64,000 nucleotides of DNA from the human T2T-CHM13v2.0 reference genome, Homo sapiens, in the NCBI RefSeq assembly GCF_009914755.1, contig NC_060928.1; one strand, 5' to 3'. The position numbers were made by a program, and so were the translations under genes. Position 1 is the first letter of the stretch. Every line of letters starts with the position of its first letter. This document shows positions 16,288 to 30,866 of the stretch, piece by piece. A model generated the notes under the pieces. It made no database searches. It had not been told where the DNA came from and saw only the letters and a list, made by a program, of their open reading frames with translations.

Positions 16288-16382
16288 AGTTCTCTCTCTT
16301 GTGTTTGAGTTAGCATGATGACAACACTCTGGGGTGATTGTAGTACCATACTAAATCTTTGATTTAGAACCACCTGTTCCAT
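16288..16382 (+). repeat. ~95-bp dispersed direct repeat, copy 1
   Basis: Matches 18854-18950 with scattered substitutions and small indels. Confidence 0.85.
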
Positions 16383-17830
16383 CTTAGTATACTAGACGAA
16401 GTTGGCCAAGTAAAAAAAGTCATCTGTAAATGAGTAGGAGTGACTGAGTTGTGGTTAGATAGTCCCAATGAGGAAGGTGAGCAGACACGTGCTTCCAAGG
16501 AGCGGGGGTTTTTGGAGAAAGGAGAAAGGAAATAGCAATGGGGAGCTGCATCTCCAGGCCTTAAAGCAGCATTTTTGTTTTTCAGGTGTGGATGGTGATC
16601 AACTAGTGGGTCAAGAAATAAACTTAGTAGGTCATTATTAGCATTTAAGAGAAAAATTAGAGACAAGAGTAGGAAATGCTATTCAAGCTTAAAGTCTGTT
16701 TCAGAAGAAAATAGCAGATCCTAGCAAGTCTGCAGGTTTTGTGAAACTTTGAGTTCTAGGTTGTGAGGTAAAAAGTCTTACTATGTAGTGTGGTCAAAAG
16801 AATTCGAAAATTCAGCTATAAGTTACTTGGAGTGTGAGAGAGAAAAGTTTCATGAACAGTAGAGATGTAACTGAATATATGTTATTGTTTATGCATAAAT
16901 ACAGTGATTTTTATGTTATTTGTGTATATATTTTATTTTTCTAGACTGTATTCTTCAGCATGCATTTCTAGCATGGAAATACCCAACAGATGACTAATAG
17001 ATGTTGACTGCTTAGATATCAGGAAGACATAGGTACTCAGTGGTAATCCAGAAAGTATACTTTGTTTTCTATGCTGGCTCATGGTGCAATTCCTGGAACA
17101 GGGCACAGAGATTCAGATGGACCTGCTTGAGATGGTGAGCAATGAAGGTGATGTCACAGTGGGGGTTAGACATCGCTTGCCCAATCTATTTCTTGGCTTT
17201 GCAGGTCTAGAAACTATTTTGTTAGCTCCTTCAGAGTTGATCAGACTTTTGGGAAATAGCTCAGAGTAGCCAAAATCAGAACACTAATACATAAACCAAA
17301 ATGATCTTAAACTAATTTTCAGTGGGTAACAGGTGTTTCTAGGGACTGTGTTTACATTATCCGGTGTGCATCATTCTCAGGACCTAGATACCTAAGTGAT
17401 AGAATTAGTAATCAGAGCTTCATTTGGTGAGCAGGGAATCACAAGGAAAGGGAATTTACTTCAAAGTGGTAATGGAAAGTCTTACCAAACTGGCATCCCA
17501 CTGCAAAATATACCTTTCTAGTGATTTGAGTATTGATTACATACTGTGAAATCCAATGTCTCCTTACCTTTCATGGTACTGGGAAAACTCTGACAAATAA
17601 TTGCTCTTTGGATAACCCATTTCTGAATTTTTTTGTAATCTGGTAGTTGTCTTTTTCTGTCCCCAAGCACTTGAGGATGTGCCAAACTCCACCAGACACA
17701 GTGGTTCATTGACACAGAGATTCTCAACTAGAGGGCAGGGTGCCCTGGTATTTTTAATTCTTATTTATCTCCTTGTGGAGATTTAATAATGTGGACCATT
17801 TTAAACCTCATGTTAAAAATAGTTTCTTTT

Positions 17831-18179
<349 letters not shown>

Positions 18180-18853
18180 TTACAGTCATATTCCAGATCT
18201 GCTCCTCCAACATTGCCCTCCACCCATTTTGAGTGGATGACCATGCTTCATTCGTAGCCACACATCTAGAAGTTGCCAAGTAGCAAGGAGTTCTGTAGAA
18301 AGTTCATCTTCAAGGTGAACAGAAACATCTACTGAGCAGTTTTTTAAAATGTTGTTAACAACTCCTCAAGGTAAAATCATTTGAATTATACGTATAATGC
18401 TGCATATTTACATTAATGTGGAACAACTCAGAAAATAATAAGGAGCCCTTAGATTGGCTTTCTAGTAAACTTCATGGCCCAGTGGACTTTGGCTAATTAT
18501 AGTATTAAAATTCAGAGCTCAAATCTTGAATTTATTACTGACTTCAAGAAGGGCCTTGAGTAAGATATTAACCTTTCTGTTTCTCAGCTATTAAATGAGG
18601 CCAACAGTGCTTTGCCACTGCATTGAAATCGTGTAAAAATATACCAGTTAAAGCTTGCAAAAATATCTAAATGCTCTATAAATGTTGAGCAGAAATAAGA
18701 GATGGGCAGGAATAAAAAGACTTAAGACCAAGAAAAAGAATAACTCATTAAAATTATTTGGGATCACTGGGTAGAAAATAGCTCCTATGACTTTTCCTTC
18801 CCTCTTTATATTCTGAATCAGGTCATATAAAAAATGTCCCTAATTTGCTATAG

Positions 18854-18950
18854 AGTTCTCTCCCTCTTGTGCATTTGAGTTGGCATGGAGACCACACTCG
18901 GGTGATTGTAGTACCATGCTAAATCTTTGATTTAGAATCACCTGTTCCAT
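18854..18950 (+). repeat. ~95-bp dispersed direct repeat, copy 2
   Basis: Matches 16288-16382. Confidence 0.85.
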
Positions 18951-19549
18951 TGGTTTGACATGTAATGGTTAGAGAAAAAGTTATGTATCTCCCAGCAGTG
19001 TCTATGGAAGGCTTATTGCTTTTCCATTTCTGTTTTCTTTCTCTTATGGGATAGAAGTCCTTTGTGAGTAAAAAAGGGTTTGGCAGATGATGTGCTTGGA
19101 AAACACAGGTTAAAACTTAAAAAAAAAAAATACATAAATTCCTGTATCAAACCTTCAGGATTAGTGGTTGTTTATGATATAACCATGGGTACTTATATCA
19201 TTGTAATGAATTTATCTGACATTCTAGCACCCAGAAATCAGTTACCTTGATATTTTATCACTTTACCTGGTTAGTACTAATTTATTATTATCCAGAGGCA
19301 TAAAAATTTAAATTATTTACCATTTGAGTTTTGATGTTAATTGTATTTTATTATATTTTAAGTCTGAATTTGGTAATCCTCATAGTTTTAATCAAAATAT
19401 TAGACCAACTAGAACATCCATTCTCCATTCTAGTTAAATTATTTTTATTCAATATAAGAATATAGAATAAAAAAAGTCTTATTTAAAATTTAATATGGAA
19501 TGGCCATTGAGGTCAGCTAGTTTGAGAAAACCTAGAAACCTTAGTATAA

Positions 19550-19896
<347 letters not shown>

Positions 19897-20567
19897 CCAA
19901 AGTGGTTTTTAAAAAATTTATTGTTCGGAGCAAGGCTAGGTACTCTAGAAGCGTTAGTAATTGAGTTACTTGTGGCTTTGTATTATTAAAATATATGGTC
20001 CTTGAAGATGTCTCCATGGCTGAATCATTTTGAGAGTCACGTTTTAAGTAGTTTCATGTGGTACATAAAAGGCATTTATCTTGATGAACAAAAAAATGAC
20101 TCCATCCTGATTATGATTTAGCATCTTATAACAGCATCTTTGTAATTTGAACTCGAACAAGACAAATAGAAACAAATCAAAGTCCTTACTAGAAATATAT
20201 CCAGTTCAAAGTGGATTTTTTTTTTCTTGTTTGTGATGTTGTTTAGGTATGGAGCCTGTGTGTGGGATAGCACATTTGTATCAGGCTAGTTGCCAGTGTT
20301 CAGGGTACGCCTCTCCAATCCAGTCCAGGTGGTCACAGTCTAGAGTTGTTAAATTATATGTGGTTCTGGCATGTTTGGTTTGACACCAGCCAAAGGTTTT
20401 ATAAACCCTAGCATTATTGACATATAGTCTTAAAAATATTATTACCTCTTGGACCTTAATGTCTTAATCTCATTGTTAGGTTAGTAAAATTAATGTGCTT
20501 CTGATAATCTGGCTTAAGTGTATTATGCCTTTTCTTAGGCTATATAATTTATGAAAACTTTATTTCT

Positions 20568-20639
20568 AGCTTTGTACAATGGCAGTATCATAGCCAATGA
20601 GGTTTATCTGAGGCATGATTATTGCTAATTGAAAACTTT
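20568..20639 (+). pseudogene. U4 snRNA 3'-truncated (tailless) retropseudogene, U4 nt ~1-72
   Basis: agctttgtacaatggcagtatcatagccaatgaggtttatctgaggcatgattattgctaattgaaaacttt matches the U4 5' part, with CpG decay. Perfect 16-bp TSD tgaaaactttatttct at 20552-20567 and 20630-20645. Confidence 0.92.
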
Positions 20640-20878
20640 ATTTCTTGCGAAAATAGAATATAGCTATATCACTGACATGGATGCACAAGCTACTGTTTTA
20701 AAATAAGTTTATCAATGCTAGTGTAGCAATTTGGTCATGTAAATGCATTTTTGCGGGGTTGCCTCTTATTTTGGATTCTATCAGGTAGGATTATTATTTT
20801 CTATTTGAAAATTTATTTCATGGCTTATAAATGCTGTCCGTTGACCTCTGGTTAATCTATTAGTATGGATTTAAAGTA

Positions 20879-21519
20879 CAGCTGTCCCTCAGTATCTGTG
20901 GGAGTTTGGTTCCATGACTTCCCTTGGGTACCAAAATCTAAGCATGCTCTGGTCCCTGACTTAAAGTGGCATAGTATTAATATTGGCATATAACACATGC
21001 ACATCCTCCTGTATACTTTTTTATTTTTTATTTTTTTGAGACGGAGTCTCGCTCTGTTGCCCAGGCTGGAATGCAGTGGTGCGATCTCGGCTCACTGCAA
21101 CCTCTGCCTCCTCCTGGGTTCAGGCGATTCTCTTGCCCCAGCCTCCTGAGTAGTTGGGATTACAGGCACCCACCACCATGCCTGACTACTTTTTGTATTT
21201 TTAGTAGAGACAGGTTTCACCATGTTGGCCAGGCTGGTCTCGAACTCCTGATCTCAGGTGATCCAACCGCCTCGGCCTCCCAAAGTGCTGGGATTACAGA
21301 TGTGAGGCACTATGCTTGGCCCCTCCTGTATACTTTAAATCATCTCTAGTTTGTGTACAATACCTAATACAATGTAAATGCTGTGCAAATAATCATTAAT
21401 ATGGTATGGTTTAGGGCATAATGACAGGAAAAAAAGTTTGTATATAATCAGTACAGATGCACTATTTTTCCTGAATATTTTTGATCTGAGGTTGGTTGAA
21501 TCCCATGGAGGGTTCACTG
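20879..21519 (+). mobile_element. MER2 (TcMar-Tigger non-autonomous DNA transposon), interrupted by an Alu
   Basis: TA-cag...ctg-TA termini, cagctgtccctcagtatc TIR-like end, and MER2 core acatcctcctgtatactttaaatcatctctag. Confidence 0.8.
21020..21321 (-). mobile_element. AluS inside MER2
   Basis: TSD cctcctgtatacttt at 21005-21019 / 21322-21336. Confidence 0.9.
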
Positions 21520-21539
21520 TACTTGATTGTTTTTCCCCT

Positions 21540-21910
21540 AGTGGGATATAATTTACATACTGTAGATCTTAACTGTACAGTTTGCTAAGTTATAACAAAT
21601 GTACACATCTATTAATCCACACCCAAATCAAGGTATTGAGCATTTATAACCTCAGGTCTCTTCCCAATAAATCTCCCACTCCCTTTCCAGGCAACCATTG
21701 ATGTGATTTCTATTATAATAGGTTAGTTTTCCCTGTTCTTGAACTTCATATAAATAGAATCATACAGAATGTATTTCTTTTAAGGCTGACTTCTTCCTCA
21801 TAACATATTTGTGAGAGTCATCTATGCTGTTGTGTATTTCAGTAGTCGTCCCTGTTTATTGATGAGTATTGCATTGTAAGGGTTTATTACAGTTTAGCAT
21901 GTTAATGGAT
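21540..21910 (-). mobile_element. Old L1M (L1MC/ME-like) 3' fragment
   Basis: ggcaaccattgat...ttcttgaacttcatataaatagaatcatacag motifs; boundaries approximate. Confidence 0.6.
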
Positions 21911-24900
21911 ATGTGTCTCCTCTGACTAGAGACGGGATGGGATCCAGATCCAGATCCAGTGCTGCAAGCTGTAGGAGTGAAGGATGCAAGGGCAGGAGCC
22001 AAGCTGTCATTAAAAAAGCCAGTAGAACACTTTCTTTACTCTGTCCACTATGTGTTAAAAATACTTGGTGTGGAAGTGTTCAGTAGTTCGTTCTGTTTGT
22101 GTCAACATTGTTTTATTATTTAAGTTTCCTGAGATCAGAGGAGCTTGTTGTCCATTAAGTTGTTCTAATATGATGATAGGTTAAAGCTGTGTGCCAAGTC
22201 CATTTAATTTTATAATAGGATTGTTTGTTATAGCAAATACTTTAGAAATGTTAGTTATTTTTAAAGCCATTATTAGTCTTTATTATTACTGATTATAACA
22301 TTTCATCATGTGGATTTATCATATTTTACTTAATTGTTGCCATATTGTTAGATCTTTAGTTGGTTCTGGTTTTTTTTCTACTAAGTAATGCTAAAGTAAA
22401 AGTCATTTACGTATCTTATTCCATTTTTTGGACTTTTTTCTCAAGGTAGATTTTCAGAAACATAATTTTAGGGTCAAATGTTTTAAACGTTTATATTTTT
22501 TGGTATCTATTGATCAATGTTCCTTATTTGTTTTCTAAGACAGTTGATTAGTTTACAGTGACAGCAAAGATATGCTAAGGGCCAAGGCTTACTGTACTTT
22601 AGTTTGAATATATATTGTCTGGAAACATTTTGTTGTTTGAATTGGGAGGTGCTAGAAAGAAAAGTAAAAACATTTTGTATTGTAGTTATAAAATGCACTC
22701 TCATGGTTCTATATTCGCTTGATAACTAATGAGGCATCAAATACATTTATCATTTTTGTATGCTATGTTTCTTCTTTTGCAAATTTTCCCTGATTACATC
22801 TTTTATGTTGAGAATATTTGATCAAAAAAGGAAGCTACCTATATTGTGAATGATCTGGGATAAAACATCATCTTATGCGGGAGAGAGTAAATCTTGGTGT
22901 TCAATTCTCATGAGGTAGAATGTTCAATCCAAGAAAAAAAGCGCTGAGTCAGAGCTGATGTGCTACATGGTCATTGCCATGCATTGTGTTAAATCGTTGA
23001 CTGACATTTAATTTTTCAATAACCCTGAAAGGTAGGTGGTGTCTTCATTATCCATTTGAGCCACTCTCAAATAAGTTGGACTTTTAAGAGAAACCTTGGG
23101 TTAAAAGTAGTAGAAGTAGCAACTGGAAAAAGGATAGTGTAGGAGAGATGGCTTTCAGTCTGCCTGAGGCTGCTTTGCCCCCAAATTTCTCCTCTCCATA
23201 CTACCTTTGCTTTTCTACTTCATTAATTATAACATTGGAAATGCCACCAATTGCAGTTGTATTCTGCTTAAGAGTCAACCTCTCTTAAAATGTTAAAAAC
23301 CCCTAGAAGGGATTTATTCTGGAAGATCTTGTGTTATTAGCCATTAATATGAGCTAATCAGACAGTTTTTTTGTGGGGAGGGGGAGGTTGTTTTTGTTTT
23401 TTTTAAACTCTGTGGGACATACCTATTCCTAGGGGTGGAGTGTTGGGAGGAGGCAGGCGAGGTTGCATGTGGGGTACAGGAAAGGAGGAGGAAGAAAGTT
23501 TCCTTCCTCTTTCTGGGATGTAGGGGGCTGGCCCGGTGCAGAGTTTTGACATAGGAAATGTTTGTCCTTGGCACTCTGCCATCTCCTTATTCATACTTCT
23601 ACATCTCAAAACCCTACTCCTTGGCCGCAAAACCCAGCCCTCTGCTATGTGCATCCAACCATGACTCTCCACCCAGATCTGCCTTTCTTGTCACTAAGCG
23701 TTTCATCTTCTAAACACATCACCCTTGCCTACCTTCTCCCCACACTCCTCCCCAAGCTCCACCTTGCAGGATAGCTATGGCTAGCTGAGTCAAAAACAAC
23801 AGCAACAACAAAAGCTGTCTTTTCATGCTTGCATGTTTTCTTAGATATTTAGAAGTTATATATATGTGGAGCAATCGGACCCTTTGGTAGTCTCTTCCTA
23901 ATAAGCAAACTGCTAATGGCTCAGGATTTAAAAGACATACTACATAAATTATTTCCCCCTATGGAATAAATATGCAAGCTGAAAATAAACTACAGATCCT
24001 AATAGCCAAGCAGAAGGAGTATACTTGTCTAAGCGAAACATCTTCTATGTAATTTGGCTTGTCAAACAATGTGAAGTAGGATGAAAGCATCTTTACAATG
24101 TGCAGCTGGTGTGAGAGTGTCACACAGATGCTAATTGTTTGGCTTGGGTGTCTTCCATTTCTCATGCTCTACAGTGTCTTCTCTGATCAGTGGTGGCTTC
24201 TCCCCTCCGTTTCTTTGTTTATTGCAGAAAGCATCTCCACGGTAAAAAATGTGCAGCCTTTTATTTGTCTCCATTGGTTGGAAATCAACATGTACAAATA
24301 AAAAAGCTTTTTTTTCCCCGTTTTTCAAAATGACAACATTTTAAGTTAGATTTATTTAATCAGGTGCTATGTCCTTCTACTTCATGTTTCTCCAAACACT
24401 TAAAACTGTTGCTGTTCACCGAACAGGAAGAGTAACGTGTAGAGCCTGGTTACTGTTCTACAAAACACTGGCTTGATGATCAAAGGCCTTTCAGACTCCA
24501 AAGGCCTTTCAACACGCCAAAGTGAGGCAATCTCTAGTGAGTGGTGGGTAATATTTCCCGGAGAAGCCACAGTCCATATATAGCTCCCCTTAACCCTTGT
24601 TATATTTGCTAGCATTGTAGAGATCCAGAAAGAAATTTCTTTACTTGCTTCTCCCTGACTTTCTTTTAAATAATATTTGACCATTTAAATGGTACATAGA
24701 AAATGCACCACTTAACAAATACATAAAATTTAACAAATATGTAAAAATAAATAGGAAATGTTCATATCACACCTAACCAGAGATAAAACATATTAACAAT
24801 TGTGGTATAGCCCTCTAATACTGTTTGTTGTTATGTACACATGTGTTTACCCAAAAAAGGGGTCATACTGTAGATTCTTTTAGAAACTAGCTTTTTATAC

Positions 24901-25119
24901 TAAATGTATTAGAAACATTTTTCCAAGTCATTAAATATTTGTCTACTGTATCTCTTTTAAGAGCTGAAAAATATTCAATTTCATTGATATTATAGAATTG
25001 ACTTTATTTTTCTCTTGTTATTGGACATTTAAGTTCTTCTCAATTTTTTATAATTTAAACAGCACTATAATTAATAGTTCTTTAGCTAAGTATATTCACA
25101 TTCGCAGTTTGTTCCATTG

Positions 25120-25632
25120 TGTAATATAACAGCTTGGGGTCCTTCTGCAAGCAAGGCTTATGTGCAGTTCATTTATTTGGGAAGTGATCCCAAGGAGCCA
25201 CAGTGAGTGAATGGAGGACTTGAGCTGGAAAGGAGGGAAAACCGGTTCATAGGTGCAGTACAGATCTGGCCATAGCTACATGTGACGGGACCTTTGAAAG
25301 CCTTATAAAATATGTCTCAGAACTGTCTTCTAGGAGAATACCAGGGGGAAGTATTTCTCTTCCTTTGATGCATTCTCCACTAGTCAAGGGTGGTCCCACA
25401 GCATTATTTCCTGCATGCTTCCAGACTGTGTGGGTATGAGCCCAGTGCATCACTGAAGGCCTAGGATAGGAAGCCAGAGAGAGGTATGGCCAGGGGCTGG
25501 GGTGAGGCCCTGTTACGTTACATCTTCAGAAAGGTGGTCAAAGCCTGCTTGGGCCTGGTTGCTGCAGTGGTGGGTTGGGCAAGAAGTAAGGCTGAGAAGA
25601 TTTGTGGTAGGCTACAAGAAGTGTCTGGTACA
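25120..25632. mobile_element. Old ERVL LTR (LTR16-like)
   Basis: tttatttgggaagtgatcccaaggag...agtgagtgaatgg motif; recognised by eye only. Confidence 0.4.
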
Positions 25633-27060
25633 TATACATTCCTAGAAACAGAGCTTGTAATTTTGTCTCAAAGGACATGCACAATTGTATCTCAAAATAG
25701 AAATACACATGGGAGTCATAAAATTATGTTCAGGTTGATTCATTTATGAGGTACACATTCTGAGACCTGAGGATGTGGCAGGGGGTAACAGACGTGATCC
25801 TACTGCCACAGAGCTTACATTCCTTTGCAGGAAGACAGTAAACATGGGAACAAATACATAACATCAGTGCTGACAGCAGTAGGTGCTGTGAAGCAAATGA
25901 AATGGAGCAGTGCTGTTAGTAGTGACTTGAAAGGGACTGAGCCCATGGTGAGAACACCAGGGTTCTCATGATTTTAGATGGCACACAGATAAACTGAGAG
26001 TGAAGAGACTCAGGGTTCGGTTGATGGAATAGAACTAAAGGAGAAGGATGTAGGAAGGAGGGGCGAGGGCCTCTTTACATTCACTGTCCGCTTTACATTT
26101 TTCCTAGAGGCAGATGTACCCAAGAGAGATATTTTGGCTTTTGGAGTGTGGCCTTCCCTCAGTGCATACACTATATGGAATTTAATCACTCTTAGATTCT
26201 TAGAAAATATTTTTAACATTCAAAATATATATCAAATTATAATTGCTCCATCTTTGATGTTTTGGAATATACTTAAATCCAGAGAATAACAAAATTTAGG
26301 GCAGAATTTTTTTTTTCATATCATACCAAGAGTACTGTATAGAAATCCAAGGTACTGCATGATGGTCTGTGCTTAACTATGACAAAAAAAAAAAAAAAAA
26401 AGGATCATAGAGTGCCTTGGGGTTATTTTTAATCAATCTCAGGGTTAACACTAGTGCAACTCTGCACTAGATGGAAATTTCCATTAGATGGTGGCTGGGG
26501 GTTTATTGTATCAATGTAATTCTACCTCATATGAGAAGCAGCACTGTTCAACTGCTCCTTTGCTTCAGAGAGCTCAGAAAATAAGTTTCAAAGACATAAA
26601 TTTATTCATTGGACCTTTTAGTTACAATGCCCAAGATATTTTTGTGACCTAAATAGCAAATTAAGAAATCACCTCTTTACATTGCTAGGTGTTTCTCACA
26701 TTTGTTACCAATAGTACAATGTATCTACTTCAGTAGAAAGTAAGCCAAGGGATTATGATAGCTCCAGATTAAAGCACATTCTTCATTTTCAGTGATATGT
26801 AAAACCACAGGATCAGAATTACATTAGATATTGAAAGACTAGAATATTAAATCTGATCTCCTAAATCAGGGTTTTCCAAATTCTGATCACTTGTAATCAT
26901 TTGTGGGCCAGCTTCAGGATTTTGCTATATTCTACAAGTGCTGATGCTATTAAATTTTTAATGTTTTTCTCTACAGTGAGTCAATTTTTGCTTAAATAAG
27001 TTTACTTGAGAAGGAATGTTTATATTATTGTATTATTGAAATAAATGGAAAATAACTTAA

Positions 27061-27396
<336 letters not shown>

Positions 27397-27504
27397 TGAA
27401 CCTATATTCTTAACTATTAATGCAAGAAGTTTATCTGTATGTCATCTAAAATCATTATGCACATTTTGGTTAGTACCGCTCTCATAGCAGGCTTGGCCTG
27501 TCCC

Positions 27505-27650
27505 ATACCAGGTGTGTGACCTTTAGCAAGTTACCCAACTTCTCCTACCCTCTGTATTCGCTTGTGTATGATGGAGATAATGAGATATTATTGTCTGGCA
27601 AGTGCTTAGCACAGTGCCTGATGTAGTAATTACTCAGTAAATGGAAGTAA
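27505..27650 (+). mobile_element. MIR
   Basis: tgtgtgacctttagcaagttacccaacttctc...agtgcttagcacagtgcctg. Confidence 0.65.
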
Positions 27651-29317
27651 CTGCAATAATGCATTGTTGAAGTGGTTGTTGTCTTTATTATTCTTCATGA
27701 AAAGGACAGTGTTGGAGATTTAGAAATTATACAAATACTTCCATTCTGCACCTAAATTTGGGGTTGAAGGTATTAGAACAGTAGACCAAAGAGCTGACCA
27801 ATTTGATTATATCCCTAGCTTTCCATGACTCGCTGTATGACTTGGTCAAGCCGTTTAACCCCTCGAGGGTGTGGTTTCTTCATCACACAAATTAGAAGGT
27901 TTGATTTGATTTGATCTCAAAACTTTCAGCTTGCAGGGTGACAGCTGTTTGAGTGGTTTTGATCATGGGATGTGGTTCATCTGAAGTCAGAGCATTTTAA
28001 ATTTTGTTTTAAGTGGCTGTTTGGCACCCAAAAAAAGCTAGGAGTTGATGTGGCCCCAGCTGTTTTCCTGTTTTCATTATCAGTGACTGATGGTCACCAG
28101 GCGTCATGTTAGCAAGCTGGGTCAATTAGTAATTGCTTTTGAAGCTGTATATAATTAATTACATAATTATGAGCTATTGAAGTTTAGTCCTAGTAAAACT
28201 ACATCATAAAACCAAGGCAATTTCAAAAGATTTACTGACAAAAGAAAAATATGAACAAACTTTTTGTACATTTGACTTACATTTATTTTATGTTTAGCAT
28301 ATATTTGTCAAGCATGTAACCACGTTTCACTGTCATCAAAAAAAATTATATGTGAATATAATCTAGCCACATGGACCACTGTTGAAATAACTTTATATTT
28401 CTACCTAGATGACTTGTTATGCCCCTTCCAGATAGGAGAATCTACAATTTTATGAATTTCGGTCTCCTAATACGGTAGATCTGAACTTGGTAATGATTAA
28501 GTTGAAATCAATAAAGCAAAATGAAATTTTAAAAGCCTGCTACACACACATATATGTGTGTGTGTGGGGGGGGTGTATATGTTAGCATAATATACCAACG
28601 ACTAATTTTTTTTTCACTCAGGAATATATTTTAGAAATTATCTCATTTATTAGTTTCCTCTTTCGTTTGAATGACTGCAATTGAATGGATGATTCCAATT
28701 ATTTGATCAGTCTCCTTATGATGGACATTAAAGGCTTTTTTCTAACTTCTATTAGCCACAATAATGCTGTAATGAATATCTTGTGCATGTGAGATTTTGT
28801 GCATATGTTAGCATATCTATAGGTTAAATTGCTGGGTCAGAGGACATGTGCATTTGTAATTTTGAATTTGAAATAAACAAATTGTTCTTCATGGAGGTTG
28901 GACCAATATGTGCTCCCACCAACAATGTGTAAGTGAGCCTGTTTCCTGCCCAACCACTTTTTCCTCATCGTTCTGTGTGACCAAACAATTTAAGTATTAT
29001 ACTGTTTTCTCTAGGAAAATGCTAATTAGAGGAGTGATCATACTATTTGTGCAGATTTCACAGAGATTGAATTTTACACTGAAGACCACTTTCTAAACTA
29101 TATGTAGAAATTTAATTTGCTGAATTAAATGGCTGTACTATTAAGCATCTTGGAACGCACTTTATGTTGCTTCAGAGCGCAATTACACTGGCATGGAAAA
29201 ACCTGCAATTTGAAAATTATCAACAAATTAAAGCCTTCTGTGGATATTCATTCTCATAACATAATGAAACCTACTATACATATCATGCAAAAAGTTTGGC
29301 TGTAACGTTATTTATAC

Positions 29318-29626
29318 TTTATTTTCTATTTTTATTTTTATTTTTTGAGACGGAGTCTCTCTCTGTCACCCAGGCTGGAGTGCGGTGGTGTGATCTCGGC
29401 TCATTGCAACCTCTGCCTCCAGTGTTCAAGTGATGCTCCTTCCTCAGCCTCCTGAGTAGCTGAGACTACAGGTGTGTGCCACTACACCCAGCTAATTTTT
29501 GTATTTTGAGTAGATTGGGCTTTCACCATGTTGGCCAGGTGGTCTCAAACTCCTGACCTCAAGTGATCCACCTGCCTCGGCCTCCTAAAGTGCTGGGATT
29601 ACAGGCGTGAGCCACCACGCCTGACC
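29318..29626 (-). mobile_element. AluS
   Basis: Full dimer with T-rich tail. Confidence 0.88.
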
Positions 29627-30555
29627 TATTTTTCTTAAACTCAGAAGGAAAAGGCCTTATGTCTGGATACTGTTTCTATTTTTTCTTGAGCCTTTAGATT
29701 CAGGAGTTAAAGCTTCTGTGCTTCCTTTAAGAAGGTAAGAAGTTTGTTACAGAGAGATGTGAATGATGTCTTTCTTTTCTATGTTTAGGACTTACTCCAT
29801 AGATTTAGGAAAGTCATAACATATAGTCATAAACCACTATTATTTTTCTGTCTTTGGGCTGCAGTGTGGCATATATGAAAGTCAATTTCTGAAGGAACTT
29901 AGATCTTTTTTTAATGCTAATGTAGTCTTTTCTAAAATTTACCATTGTTCGAATAGTTGAAGGTTTTTTTGTGGGGTTTCTTTGGCTTTTATAAAGGATC
30001 ACCAGAATTCGATAACCTTTTTTTGAAGTTTTTCTCCTTAATTTGACTTTCAAATATGGTCCTTTATATAACACTGTAATAATTCACTTACAAGGAAAAA
30101 TGTTTTTCTATTATTGACTTATTTGAAAAGCACTTGTAGTGTTGGATATAGTATTCATAGTGAAGATAGTGGTTCAATCCCACAGAATAACCTATAATTA
30201 ATATAAAATTGCTTGGAGTTACTCAAATAAAAATGCAAATTAAAAAGTTATTAGATAATCACCTATTACATTTTCCTTGTTAGCACATATATTACATTCT
30301 AGAGAAACTGTCTGCTTATAGGTAGAGACTGTTGTTGAACTTTAAATTGTTCTACCCCGTAAGGAAAGCAGTTGTTATGATACTCATACAGTGGAAAAAC
30401 AGGCCTTCAGCAAAATGAGGCTTTGTTGTGATATGGATTACTCTGGGGCCACTCCTTCCCCACAGATAACTGAAGTGCATGACTGCTTGAACTAAGAGAA
30501 CAAAACCATTTTCATTGAATCATAGCACCCCCTAGCATCCTAATAATTTACGGGC

Positions 30556-30866
30556 TTTTGTTGTTGTTGTTTTGTTTTGTTTTTGAGATGGGGTCTCACT
30601 CTGTCACCCAGGATGGAGTGCTGTGGGGTGATCACAGATTACTACAGCCTCGACCTCTCAGGCTCAAGTGATCCTCCCACCTCTGCCTCCTGAGTAGCTG
30701 GCACTACAGTTGCGTGCCACCACACCAGGCTAATTTTTATATTTTTTGTAGAGATGAGGTCTTGCTATGTTGCCCAGCCTGGTCTCAAACTTCTGAACTC
30801 AAGCGATCCTCCTGTCTTGGCCTCCCAAAGTGCCGGGATTACAGGTGTGAGTCACCATGCCCTGCC
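30556..30866 (-). mobile_element. AluJ
   Basis: Diverged dimer with (TTG)/(TTTTG) tail. Confidence 0.85.

Noticed and set aside
21935-22170. Non-repeat-looking insert with (GATCCA)3 next to an L1M fragment
   Set aside because: Could not assign it to any gene or repeat; no ORF, tail or TSD visible.
23950-24310. Unique-looking stretch with an AG acceptor-like site and AATAAA (possible cryptic terminal exon or enhancer)
   Set aside because: Such motifs are common in AT-rich introns; no independent support from sequence alone.
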